A DNA stretch of 64,000 nt from Nemertoderma westbladi (lineage: Eukaryota > Animalia > Xenacoelomorpha), in contig JAUCBJ010007475.1 of assembly GCA_032718475.1 (NCBI GenBank), forward strand, positions 1 to 64,000. Direction: 5' to 3'. Under the pieces are notes generated by a model. It saw only the letters and a program-made list of their open reading frames with translations, did no database searches and was not told the origin of the DNA. Both the position numbers and the translations under genes were made by a program. This document shows positions 37,613-49,772 of this stretch, in pieces (the stretch's first letter is position 1; each line of letters starts with the position of its first letter).

Positions 37613-38683
37613 TGTTCGCGGTATTTCAACTTTCCATAACGCGAGTTGAATATTTTTGTATTTATTTAAAATTGATTATTCCGATATTATTACTGGGTGC
37701 GGGACCATGGGTTTTGGGCACATTCAATAAACTGGGGGCGATTTATGGGCGAACTTTGGGGCAACTTACAGGGTACGGGAATAATTTCATAATTATAAGG
37801 GCCAGGGGGGGGGGGGGGATGGAGAATTCAAGCAGTATTCAGGTTAGCCTGAGTACTATTAGGCCCTGGCCAACTTCCTGCTGCCTGTAGGGGTGGATTT
37901 GGTAATGCGCCAGGCCTAAAGGACAAGGACTGCCCTTAGCGGTCCCTGGCCAACAGCAGCTATTACGAGACTGAAAAGAACTCGGACTGCTGACTGCTTG
38001 TGTCAGGGATTTGCGACGGGAAACGACAGCCCCTTAGTAGCCAAGCCGTTCTGGTTCTCGATGATCGAACCCTTCGGGGTTCGTGAGGGGTGGAATGGAC
38101 ACGCGAACGGGTCCACCGACACGACAGACTCCTAGCCAAGCCGTACTGGTTCTCGATGACCATCCTTCGGGGTTCGAGAGGGGCGGTACGGATACGCGAC
38201 AGAGTCCACCGACTGGACCGACCCTTAGCTAAGCCGTGCTGGTTCTCGATGATCGTTCCCTTCGGGGTTCGTGAGGGGTGGAACGGACACGCGACAGGGT
38301 TGACCGACACCGACACTACGGCACTAAGACTAGGACCAAGGGAAAAATCTGGGGAACATTAGGTAGGCTAAAATCTGAGCGAACAGTGGGTAATTAAATA
38401 ATATACCGTAGGGATTTATATTATCGTGTATAATTATTGTGAATATTTGGTGTATATTGATTTGGGGAAGCCCAAAATTATTCTTAATCAGGTTTCAACT
38501 GTAGGAAGTTACATTAAAGAGTATATCCAACTAATGCAGCTTTTTATCAACCGCAAACTTGCATCTCAGAAAACATTCCTTCTCCACAATCAATATCCGG
38601 TGACTGGCCGGGGCTCGGTGGTCTGTAAAGTCACGTCTCCAGCATCGGCGTTTTTCCCCCCTGGTGTAGGGATAACGGCAACA
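37613..38683 (+). repeat. 5' LTR of element B
   Basis: tgttcgcggtatttc...ggcaaca; close match to 49773-50846. Confidence 0.95.
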
Positions 38684-39080
38684 AAATTAAGAATAATTAC
38701 GTTCAACTTCAACTGGTGGAAGTTGAGAATCCTTCAATACTCTTCAAAAACTCTCTACGTGCTTGCCAGCACCCACTACGAGGAAACTCGGGTATTTGAG
38801 TTGAGACGAAGTCGTGGTTTAATTAATCAACAAACTCGATCTAACCAACTCGTAGTCGGCAGATCACATATTTGGAGAGTTGTTAACAGGGAATGGAAGT
38901 ATCGATCACACCCATTGATATAATTCAAGTTGAGCCAGGAATCTGGCACGTCGAAGTTGAAGTACAAGGAACGAACGTCGGACGATTCAGGATTACCGTT
39001 CGGGTGGTCCAAGCTGAGTACAATACCTACGAGGAACTGTTTTATGACATCGCGTATCTAGCTATCGACGAGGCGTTACA

Positions 39081-42000
39081 ATGACGACAAATAACGTATC
39101 CGATACCGACGAGATGGATCACCACACAGACTCGGAAGCCGACGAGGTACCAAACGTCAAGAACATGACCCGTCGGCTAGGGGCTCTCAAAGGTGGAGTA
39201 ACCCGGGCGTATCAACGGATGGAGAAACAACTCAAGGGAGTCAAAACCCCCCTCAATGAAGTACAAACTCAGCTTCAAAGTATCCGAAATATCCTACAGC
39301 GGTACGAAAGAATGATACAGGCGTACCAAGAGCTCGTTCCCTCCACCGATCAGGAAAACTACCCCAAGTTGGAAGAACACGTTGTACATCTAGATGGGTT
39401 CCGCAAACAACACCGGAGGACCCTCAGCCTTGTGAGAGGCTATGAAGAACAGTATTACAAGAGGGCTGAAAGAACAGACGCGGAATCAGTACGATCCTCC
39501 AGCATCAGGACAGCAGTACATCGCAAGAGAACGGGGTCCGCTAGAAATCAGCACTCCAGCGCTAGGAGCGAGATATCCGGCTCAGCGCGCAGTTCTCAAG
39601 GGGCGCCGCCACTCCGAGACCAACTGCGAGAACGGAAGGCATTAGCCCTCAAAGCTCGGATGGAAGATGAGTATATTCAACTGCAAGCCGAGCAAGATGT
39701 ATTAGCCGCCGAAACACAAAGGCGAGAGGCCGAACAAGCGGCTGAACGGCAGGCCGAACAACGCGAACAGGAGGCCGAGCAACGCAAACGAGAGGACGAA
39801 CAACATAGACGAGAGGATGAACGGCAGGCCGAACAACGCAAACAGGAGGCCGAACAACGCAAACAGGAGGCCGAACATCGCGGACGAGAGGCCGAACGAG
39901 AGATCGAACAACGTAAATGGGAAGCAGAAATGCGTTAACAACACGCCGAGGCACAAGCAATTCTCATCCACAAAAAGAATGCGGATATTGCAAAACTCGC
40001 GGAATACGAAGCCGCACTTATAGAACGGGATATTCAACTCTACGAGGACTGGGAAAGGGATATAGATCAGGAATATGAACCAATCCCGGTACCGGAATTA
40101 GAAAAGTCATTTATACCGACAGCGGCGAAACTTCCGAAACCCGAGATCCCGCCGACCAAACAGTCTACGCTATCGGCACAAGCACCGGTGTTCCATCCCC
40201 CACCGGCTACGCTAAAGAATGAGGAACCTTATTTCCCATCCAACACCACGACAGCGAGTGTACCCAAGTACGAGCCTGAAAAGGACTTGGAACGGGACGC
40301 CACTCCCCGATCTAACAACCCATTTACATCCACACCACAAACTCGTAGCCGCGTCATTATTAAAACTCCACCTATTATTGATCCATCAAGTATGGGAGTG
40401 AGTGCCAATAACTATAACCCTCCGAGTCACTCTAGTTCAGACGACGTCAGCATCATCCGGGCGTTGGAGAACCGCCTTGCCATGCCTAAGATGGAGATTC
40501 GCACCTTCGAAGGAGATCCCGTCGATTACCTCAGATTCAAGAAATGGTTCTTTGCGCAGATCGGATCAACGGACATAGCCGACGCACAGAAGTTGGTATA
40601 TTTATCGCAATACCTGGGTGACAAACCACGCAGAATTATTGCATGTTTTGAAGGAGGTTCTCATGAGGCATACTATGACGCATGGAAAACTCTAGATAAA
40701 AGATACGGAAATACCGGAACTATAATTAATAAAACTCTAGAGAGACTGATACAGGACGCGGGATCACTAGGGGACCCACAGAACATCCAGGAATTCTCCG
40801 ACTCTATGAAGGATGCCTACTATACTCTGAAACCCTTAAATAAGGAGGACCAGGTGAACAACATTCTAAACCTCCGACAGATCGCCCGGAAGTTCCCTGG
40901 ATGGCTACAAAGTAAGTGGGCTTATAAATGTGTAGATCTCCGGCGCAGACATCCAGATCGAGATCCTAGCTTCCTTGAAATGTCGGCATTCCTGGACGAT
41001 ATCTCCGAAGCCATGAATGACTCGATGTTTTCAAAACAGAGTCTCGCAAAGTTGGACGGAATAGAGAGCAACTCCAGGAGTAAGATAACCCCTCCGAAAC
41101 CGAGATTCCGCCCCCCACCGGTGAGTACGATGGCCATCACCATGGCCGAGGATTCCGACGACGAAGACTACGAGGAACCGACATCCGCCGAGGAATGGGC
41201 ATGTTATCTCGCGAGTTGGGCACCCGAAAGGGAAGGCATCACAAATTCCCTGCTCTGTCTCTTCTGTGGGGAGAAACATAAAGTGGAATTCTGCAGAAAG
41301 TTTCAGTTCGCCGAACTCGTCCCACGCTTCGAGGCGATAATGAAACACCGAGGATGCTTCCGGTGTCTTGGAACAGGTCACTATGTTCGGGAGTGCGACC
41401 AAAGATCATGCTGTGCTGTCTGTAACGACCAACGCCATCACACGCTCCTCCACATCCCCGCGAACTTCGATTTTACTACCCTCCCCTTTCGGATCGAAGC
41501 CAGGCGAAGAGGAGAAACAAACCACGTCTTCAAAGCAACCCGGACAACCCAACGGAGAGAAACCAACCCGTTTAAAATCTCCACCGATACACCACAAGTA
41601 ACAAATATTTCGGCCACGATTAATCTTATAAATCGCCGCTACATGGTCTTCGCAAAGGTAATCCCAGTAAGGATCCAAGGAGTCGGCAAATCTTTGACGA
41701 CACTCGCGTTCCTCAATAACGGGTCCGACGGAACCATCATCGACCGGGATTTCCTCGAGCAACTCGGCCTAGAATATGAACCTTGTAAACGGCCCATACA
41801 AACCATCACCGATAACAGAGAGGTAGAGTCCGGGGAGGTGCAACTCCAGATGGAAGGAGTGATGAAGGGCTACGAAAAGGTTAAGTTAACCATCAAGAAC
41901 GCCTTGGTACACACAGACCTCCGGGTGCGGTTCCGACAATCAGCCGAGTACGCACCCCTCATACAATTGGACCGAGACGATGTAGACCTGAGGTGCCCGC

Positions 42001-45000
42001 AGTTGGACGTAAACCGCATCACCCTACTGATCGGACTTGATACACCGGAACTACACATCCCCACCGGAGATATCGCCCGATCTATAAAACAGGATGACGG
42101 ATTTTATGCTGAACGAACAATAATGGGATGGACACTCTGCGGCATTAAGGAGGAAACTACTGACACCTATACCTACCTTCCCAAATGTCAGATTAAAGAG
42201 AATGCAACCTCCGTGGGTTATTGCTCGGCTTCGGATCTTGACGAGGATTTGTTTCTGGAAACCGAGAAAACCCAACGAGAGATGACGAAATATTTTAATT
42301 TGGAGACCCAGGAGTTCGCAGAAAAGGACGAAAACCCATCCGAAGAGGACCAATATTGTATGGACGTTCTCGACCAGGCCACGTTTAAAGACGGACACTG
42401 GTGTTCACCTATGTTATGGAAGGACCCAAACAAACCAATGGCAAACAACGCCAGCATGGCACTTAGGTGACTTAAAGGGATTCTACGCCGGCTGAATGAC
42501 CAACCCGAGATAAAGGAGAAATATAATACCGTAATCCAAGGATATCTCGATGATGGATTAGCAGAAATGGTACCACGGAATGAACTGCAAGGTGGTAAAA
42601 GAACATATTATCTCCCAACCCACTATGTAGTAGAAGCCCGCAAAGGTGGGAAAATCCGAGTGGTAAATGATGCTGCCGCTATGTACCAGGGCGAACCCCT
42701 AAACAGTCAGCTTTACACGGGACCCAGCATATATAGTGCACTCATCGGCGTATTGATCAGGTTCAGGGAAAACCGGGTAGCATTCACCTGTGACATCAAG
42801 GCCATGTTTCATCAAGTTCGTACGTTACCAAGAGACTCGGACTGTCTACGTATCCTATGGACGGATAAAACGCTAACTCAACAGGAGATTAGCCAACTCA
42901 CGATAAAGGACGTAGACGTAATGCGTATGGTCGTCAGGATCTTCGGCGCTAAGGACTCGCCAGTAGCATGCAGTGACATGCTAAAGAGGACGGCAACTAT
43001 GTGCGAAAACGAGTTCCCTCCAACCGTCATAGAAACCATTCGACGATGCTTCTACGTGGACGACGGATGCGCCGGCGCGGATAATGTGGATGAGGCATAT
43101 CGGCTAGCAATGGGGATGGTAGAATGTCTAAAGAAAGGAGGGTTTCCGCTCGTGAAGTTCAGATCCCACGACAAAACACTTATGGAAAAGTTTCCGGAGG
43201 ACATCCGGCTGGAAAATAACAAAATGTATTCGGAGGATGTGGAACATTGTGTACTCGGGATTGAATGGGACATAGAATCAGACAAATTCATCTTCAAATA
43301 TAAACCCCTACCCAAGCCTATGACAAAAAGGGGATGTTTGTCGATAAAAAGCGCCATCTTCGACCCACTAAATTTCATATCTCCAGTAACCTTGGCCGGA
43401 ATGAACCTGATTAAGGAAATGTGGATAGAAGGACTGGGATGGGACAAAGAGCTCCCCCCACACCTCAGCATCAAATGGAGAAAATGGACGGAGCAGCTCG
43501 AACACCTACATCTTATGCGGATACCTAGACCGTTCTTCCTCGATAAATTACCCACCGATATCTTCCAGCTCCACACCTTTTCGGATGCTTCGAATACCGG
43601 AATCGGCGTAGTCACCTTCTTACGGAGACTAAGTAACGATGGAAACGGCGATACAAGCTTCTTATTCTCCAAAGCAAAGACAGTATCCGGGGAATTCGTA
43701 GCAACGATTCCGAGACTCGAGCTATAAGCTGCAGTTTGGGCAGTAAGACAGAATCGCATGGTCATGCGGAATCTACGGATCCCCATAGAATCTCAACACT
43801 TCTGGGTCGATTCGAGTATAGTTCTCTATTATCTCCACTCTCCATCACGGCGTCACACCACGTTTGTTGCAAACCGAGCCACGGAGATTAAACAGTGTAC
43901 CGGCCGAGAACAGTGGCATCACGTGAACGGGAAGGAAAACCCAGCGGACTTATCAAGCCGAGGCGCCACCCCAAAACAACTCGGTAAGAGTAAACTCTGG
44001 CTTACAGGCCCGGAATTCCTACGGCAGCCACAATTAACATGGAGTACCCGATTCGACCTCGAACTCGATAGCGGAAAATACTCCGAGGACGATAAAGAGA
44101 TCCGTAAAGTCCATCGAAGCAACGCGGTGGAAATTTATAGTTGTCTGACTGAGCCTGCACAGGACTCGGGCAGGCACTATAACGTCGCGACGATCACTCA
44201 ACTAGCGGCGTCTCTACATCGGTTGATCGAGCGAGCTTCATCAATGAGACGGCTCGTCCACCACGTTATAACCCTCCGTAACTTCCTACGGTGGAAAAAC
44301 AACAAACCGATAGTTCAACGGAATATACAAGAACTCATTATCGCGGAGAAGTGTATTGTTAGATATGTCCAGAGAGAAAGTTTCCCCGATGAATGGGAAC
44401 AACTTAGTGCGGGCAAAACATTGAAACCAGACAGCCCAGTCTACCAACTGAGACCAATGATGGGCGAGGATGGACTGATCCGACTGAATACCCGGATGGC
44501 AAACGCACCGGTCGAATATGAGGTTAAATACCCGGCACTTCTGCCCGGAACGTCGACACTAGCTAAGCTATTAATTCTACAATGTCACGAGGACAACCAC
44601 CACGCAGGACAGAATTGGATTATAGCTAATATAAGACAAAGATATTGGATCACCCACATCCAGCCACTGATCCGGAAAGTGTTGAAACGTTGCTTCACCT
44701 GCAGACGTTACCTAGCACCACCAATCACCCAAAAGATGGCCGACCTACCAGCCACCCGTCTACAAGCAGATTCCCCACCGTTCTACGTCACCGGAGTGGA
44801 CTGTTTCGGACCGTTTACGGTCATCGAACGACGATCCAACATCAAATGCTGGGGAGCCATCTTCACCTGCCTAAGGTCTCGGGCAATTTACCTAGATATC
44901 GTGGTAAATCTGACACAACACGCATTCATCAACGCTCTGCGTCGGTTCGTGGCGAACAACGGGACATGCCGCCACATGTATTCCGATAATGGTACAAACT

Positions 45001-45758
45001 TTGTGGGAGGAGAAAGAGAACTTAGAGAGGCGATCGAGGGATGGTTTACCGATAACACCGCATCCCAAGTCTGGAAGGAACACCAGATACAGTGGCACTT
45101 CCAGACCCCCTTAGCGCCCCATACGAGCGGGGTATGGGAGAAACTGATCAAACTAGTGAAACGATCCATGCGCGTCGCTCTAGGCGATACCCGGGTAACC
45201 CATGACACCCTCCGCACAACATTCTGCGAGATCACGGCTACCCTGAACAACCGACCCATTGTCCCTATCCGCGACGACCCCACAGACCTGGAGCCCCTCA
45301 CTCCTAACCACCTACTGGGGAGACCCAAAACCCACGTTCTCCCGGAAACCATGTTCCCGGATCCCAACGAGATCGCGAAACATACAAACTGGAAAAAGGC
45401 CCAAGCGTTGGCAGCGCATTGGTGGAGAATTTGGGCCCAGGAGTACCTCATAACCCTCCGGACCAGGAGGAAATGGAACAACACCTACCGGAACGTCGCA
45501 GTTGGCGACATGGTACTAGTTAAAGAAGATCTCAAAGACCGCATGCACTGGCCTGTGGCGCGGGTCGTGACCATACACCCAAGCAAAGACGGACTTGCAA
45601 GGACTGTGACGATACGAACGAAATCGGGCCACTACCAACGCCCTATCCAGAGGCTGTGCCTTCTTGAAGGCAATGATAGCGGTGATTCTACGAGAGGTGA
45701 TAAGTTCCCTACTACGGATCCTGCTACAGACATTGGTGACAATTATAAATGCGTTTAA
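39081..45758 (+). pseudogene. BEL/Pao Gag-Pol in one reading frame with three in-frame stops (39936, 42468, 43725)
   Basis: All four ORFs share a frame. IRTFEGDP Gag, three Cys/His knuckles, FLNNGS protease, DIKAMF and YVDD RT, FSDAS and IPRLEL RNase H, HHCC + GVDCFGP/SDNGTNF/GVWE integrase. Confidence 0.96.
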
Positions 45759-46029
45759 ACCCTTCTCATCATGTTGACAAACTCTTATAAACTGTGATTT
45801 ATCGACAATGAAAATGGACCCCCCTTAAAACAACTGTAACCACGCAATGGTATTTGTGTTTCCTCGTGTGTTATGTGGAGTCCAGCGTCACCCTGCAGAT
45901 GTTTCGACTGACGCAGGGTCGTTTATGCATTGTTACCCTGATTTTGGTCATCAGGACCAACGATATTGGATTATTGGAAATGGTAAAGATTTGAAGTGGA
46001 ATTCATTGTATTCATTGCAGTATGTTATG

Positions 46030-46460
46030 TTGTCCGTTGCGTGCGCAGTTCGGGGCGTAGGCGGTGTAACGAGTCCAGCTGTAGATCCCGGATTGCCGCG
46101 TAACACCCCCTCTATCCCGTTATTCTGGTGGGTCCATGGTGCATCCACATGACTTCGACGATAGAGGGTTTTATGTTTCTCAGTCGCGTTATTCTGGTGG
46201 GACCGTTGCGTGGATTTTGGGGCGTAGGCGGTGTAACGAGTCCAGCTGTAGATCCCAGAATGTTGCGTAACCCCATCCCACATGACTTCGTCGACTGAGC
46301 TTTATGTTGTTGGGAGTGTTATTCTGGTGGGTCCCTGGTGTATCCATGTGACTTCACTCCTAGCGTCTTCATTGTCCGTTACGTGCGCAGTTTGGGGCGT
46401 AGGCGGTGTAACGAGTCCAGCTGTAGATCCCAGATTGCCGCATAACACCCCTTCCACGAC
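46030..46460 (+). repeat. Three imperfect repeats between pol and the accessory ORF of element B
   Basis: ggggcgtaggcggtgtaacgagtccagctgtagatccc near 46052, 46219 and 46393. Confidence 0.85.
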
Positions 46461-47006
46461 AAAGATTAACCAAAGAAAATGATTGAATGTAGTTGGAAAT
46501 GATGAAAAGGATCAGACAACTCTACTATAAACCTGAATGATGACGCGTATGCTGATGAAAATGAAATGATGCGCACCCTGGTGCTGCGCTTATAACAAAT
46601 GATGATAGCCGGGGGGCTATAACCCCAATGATGATGTGGAAATAAACAAAATGTGAAATAAATGGTGGAACTAAATGTGATGAAATATATGTGGAAATAA
46701 ATGAAATGAGATGAAATAATAATGAAATGAAAAAAGACGAAAAAAAAGGTATAAAAAGGTCTAAAGAAAAGAATTGGAAAAAAGAAAAGGACAAAAAAGT
46801 CATAAAAACTAGTTGGATATTAATGTATAGCTATAGTAACTGTAAATGCTGAATGTATTAGCAATAAGATGATAGATGTCTATATAGCAATGTTATTTAA
46901 TAAACTGAATTAAATGAAAAACTGAATTATTCTGCTATCGCTATAGTTTCAGACTTTCTGGACTTATAATTAACTGATCTAATTTGTAACGGATATAATC
47001 GTAAAT

Positions 47007-49607
47007 ATGGACCCAAATCGCCAAATTATCGGCGAATTACGTAGCACGATAGATCTACTGGAATATTCGCAACCTGGATCCCCTGACTTTGATACAAATT
47101 GGAGTACCCTGCTAAATGAGAACGTGCGAGTCATTAAATTCACCGGGCGAGAGGGACCGGATTCCAAGAATCTACGAGCCCTCCGGTTAGCCGATGCTAG
47201 TACGAGACTGAAAAGAACTCGGAACGCAAAGGCTACCGGAGGGGATGACTTGTCGTATTGGGAAACGTTCCGGCAGAGCGTCTACAGATCCCGATGTTTG
47301 ATCTACGACAACGAGGGAAATGCGACGCCCACCTCGAAAGCGATTACGTTGGCGAGATGTCAAAGTTTCGTCGACGACAAGAGTACGTACCTCGCCCACT
47401 GGGGAAACCTGTCGGAGTGTACGGCAACGCTTCGAGAGGAACGTATATCGACCATCCAGAATCGCGACGACTACCAGGAAAAGTACGGGGCGAAAGAATA
47501 CGGTCGATCCTTAGTCGTCGTCCTCGGAACCCTGGACGGTTTGGTACTGGTGTGCCGAATATTCCCGACACCCAGACAGGAAGTGCAGGCAGCCGGAGCG
47601 ATCTGGTTGCTAGCTCCGGAAATCCAAAAGATCCTCTTCGACTTCGACGTCATTAAAATCGGGTCGGATATCAAGGCGGACGTCCGGAACGACTACGCGA
47701 ACGCTCCTGCAGGAAGAAACCGACGAGACGACCTCAACGCCCTTAGCCATTGCATCGACACTCAAACGCTACTAGCCTGGTTACGATTCGCCGAGTTCAT
47801 GCGAGGATTCCAAGAGGTGAGACCGACGAAATCCGGGATCGGCTACCTCGCTGTGCTAAACGGCGGTATCGACTTCAAACCCCAGAAATTCCGGGACTAT
47901 AATAAAATATATGGTGGATACCCGGAATTAGAAATAAAGAGCGAGCGAGAGGGTCGATGGAAGGACGTTGATCGGAATTGGACGATACACCAAAGGTGGG
48001 AGAATCCCGATCGACGGAACTACGTTTACGTCGTTATGGAATGCTACACCGTCGCTAAGTTTATCTGTAAGACTCTCGATAACCTCATTACGGCGGTTCC
48101 CCTTTCCTTCGTCGACTACGACTGGAACGAGGTCATAAACCACGCGTTCAAAGCGGTCGAGAACATTACACCGGGAGAGACAAAAACGCTCGCCGTTATC
48201 GATTCCTGGGACGAGAGCGGACCTTACGACATCCCTACGATTACCGAACTTCTCGGTGCGGATGAGCCTCTGATCTCTTCGGAAGGGGAAGAGATATGGC
48301 TAAACGAGGGTGTTCTACTCTCCACCCCGAAGCGACAACTCGAGCCGGAGGCCGCTTACCAACCGGCCGCCAAACGGGTTGCCTCGGCCGAACCGATGAA
48401 GAGAACAGGTGCTTACACCCCACGCGGCTCCGGTAGCCCCGTGAGGGAGGTAGCCACTACATCTGCATTGAGCGACTTCGGCGACATATGCCAACGGTTA
48501 TCCCCGTATCCTTTCCCGGGTGGCGAAGATTGGTCGTCGGAGATTCCGAGTACCAGCCACCAACGGACCCGCTCAGCGATACTGGTCGAGGAGGGCCCCA
48601 GCGATGCGCCGACCCCCGACGATCTCCTCGGTATCCCTCCGTCTAAAACCCCGGCTCCTCTTCGCCGACCAGCGGTGGCTACTACACCCGCCGTTCCTCA
48701 GGACCCTATGCGACTAACCCGTTGGTACGCCGAGCAAACTGAATGGATCCACCGCCAGAAACGGTCGTCCGAGTTGAGACCAACGGGACACAAAGAAGGT
48801 TATCGAAGCGAGAACCTACTACGCAAAAGCCTTGCATTCCGCGGGCTACCGGCCACCGCGAATATTCCGAGGAGCGACCGACGACTCGAATATTACGTCG
48901 GCCTCCCGATTCCGATATTCCCCGGTCGAGAGATGCAGTTGGAGGTGTGCGGCGACTGTGGTTCGGAGCAGTGCCCACGCGGTAGAAGGAATCGGGTTAC
49001 CGATTCATGCCTCCAGCTCCTCGGGATACTCTATTGCCCATACTGCGCGACATCGGGCCACGACGTTTCCGTCTGCCCGATCCTATATAACCTCTGCACC
49101 ACGTGCGGTTTCCATGGACATTCCTCTAGCCCCCGCTGCTATATCAAATGTCCAACCAAGGACGTAACCGCTATGGGAAATATGGTCATGTTTGAAACAT
49201 ACGCAAACAGCCACTTAAAGACCAAGGTTCGGAGAAACGCTCGGAATATCGCGCAGGAGATGGCGTGCGGGTATTTCTCCTTCCCGGAACGCCTCCACAC
49301 GTCGGCCACGCTGCCTTTCCATTACGTGGACTTGTTGCTGAGCGCTGGATTATTCGGCCCATTCGAAGTCATTAGACGCTTATACTCGTATAAAGAGGAG
49401 TTTGGTGACGGAGAGTGGTTCCTCGAGGCTCGCAACTCCGAGTTGGAACGACGAACCGATATGATCCCGATGCCATCGAAAGGAAGAGCCGCCAGAAGAC
49501 AAGCCGAAGCGTTGCTCACGATGGATGTTGACGCTCCTCTACCAGCTATAGCGATCGATGAGAGCCGACGGGCGAAAAGGCGAAAGGTGTATCAGAGAAA
49601 GAAATAG
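47007..49607 (+). CDS. Accessory ORF of element B (866 aa): DEDDy-like 3'-5' exonuclease, disordered linker, zinc-knuckle cluster, basic NLS-like tail
   Basis: IYDNEG (ExoI), LAPEIQKILFD..VIKIGSDIKAD (ExoII), CIDTQ, GIGYLA, YVVME (ExoIII-like); CPYCATSGH....CP, CTTCGFHGH; RRAKRRK. Confidence 0.8.
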   Translation: MDPNRQIIGELRSTIDLLEYSQPGSPDFDTNWSTLLNENVRVIKFTGREGPDSKNLRALRLADASTRLKRTRNAKATGGDDLSYWETFRQSVYRSRCLIYDNEGNATPTSKAITLARCQSFVDDKSTYLAHWGNLSECTATLREERISTIQNRDDYQEKYGAKEYGRSLVVVLGTLDGLVLVCRIFPTPRQEVQAAGAIWLLAPEIQKILFDFDVIKIGSDIKADVRNDYANAPAGRNRRDDLNALSHCIDTQTLLAWLRFAEFMRGFQEVRPTKSGIGYLAVLNGGIDFKPQKFRDYNKIYGGYPELEIKSEREGRWKDVDRNWTIHQRWENPDRRNYVYVVMECYTVAKFICKTLDNLITAVPLSFVDYDWNEVINHAFKAVENITPGETKTLAVIDSWDESGPYDIPTITELLGADEPLISSEGEEIWLNEGVLLSTPKRQLEPEAAYQPAAKRVASAEPMKRTGAYTPRGSGSPVREVATTSALSDFGDICQRLSPYPFPGGEDWSSEIPSTSHQRTRSAILVEEGPSDAPTPDDLLGIPPSKTPAPLRRPAVATTPAVPQDPMRLTRWYAEQTEWIHRQKRSSELRPTGHKEGYRSENLLRKSLAFRGLPATANIPRSDRRLEYYVGLPIPIFPGREMQLEVCGDCGSEQCPRGRRNRVTDSCLQLLGILYCPYCATSGHDVSVCPILYNLCTTCGFHGHSSSPRCYIKCPTKDVTAMGNMVMFETYANSHLKTKVRRNARNIAQEMACGYFSFPERLHTSATLPFHYVDLLLSAGLFGPFEVIRRLYSYKEEFGDGEWFLEARNSELERRTDMIPMPSKGRAARRQAEALLTMDVDAPLPAIAIDESRRAKRRKVYQRKK

Positions 49608-49772
49608 TGGATCGGGATATGCCAGGAACATTTATCGAACATTTATTTTTATACAAACTCTAGGCCAAATTAATTAAAAACTATGCAATATTAAATTTGG
49701 GTTTTTTATATTGGGAATGACCTACGCAAACTCAATCTACCGACAGACTTCACGAAGGTCATTGGGGGGGAC

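Noticed and set aside
38714-38732. TGGTGGAAGTTG as a tRNA PBS for element B
   Set aside because: It lies 30 nt from the LTR end and within a local hairpin; not at the PBS position, though a tRNA search would be needed to exclude it fully
47007-49607. env glycoprotein call based on position
   Set aside because: No signal peptide or transmembrane anchor is evident; motifs fit a nuclease plus zinc knuckles
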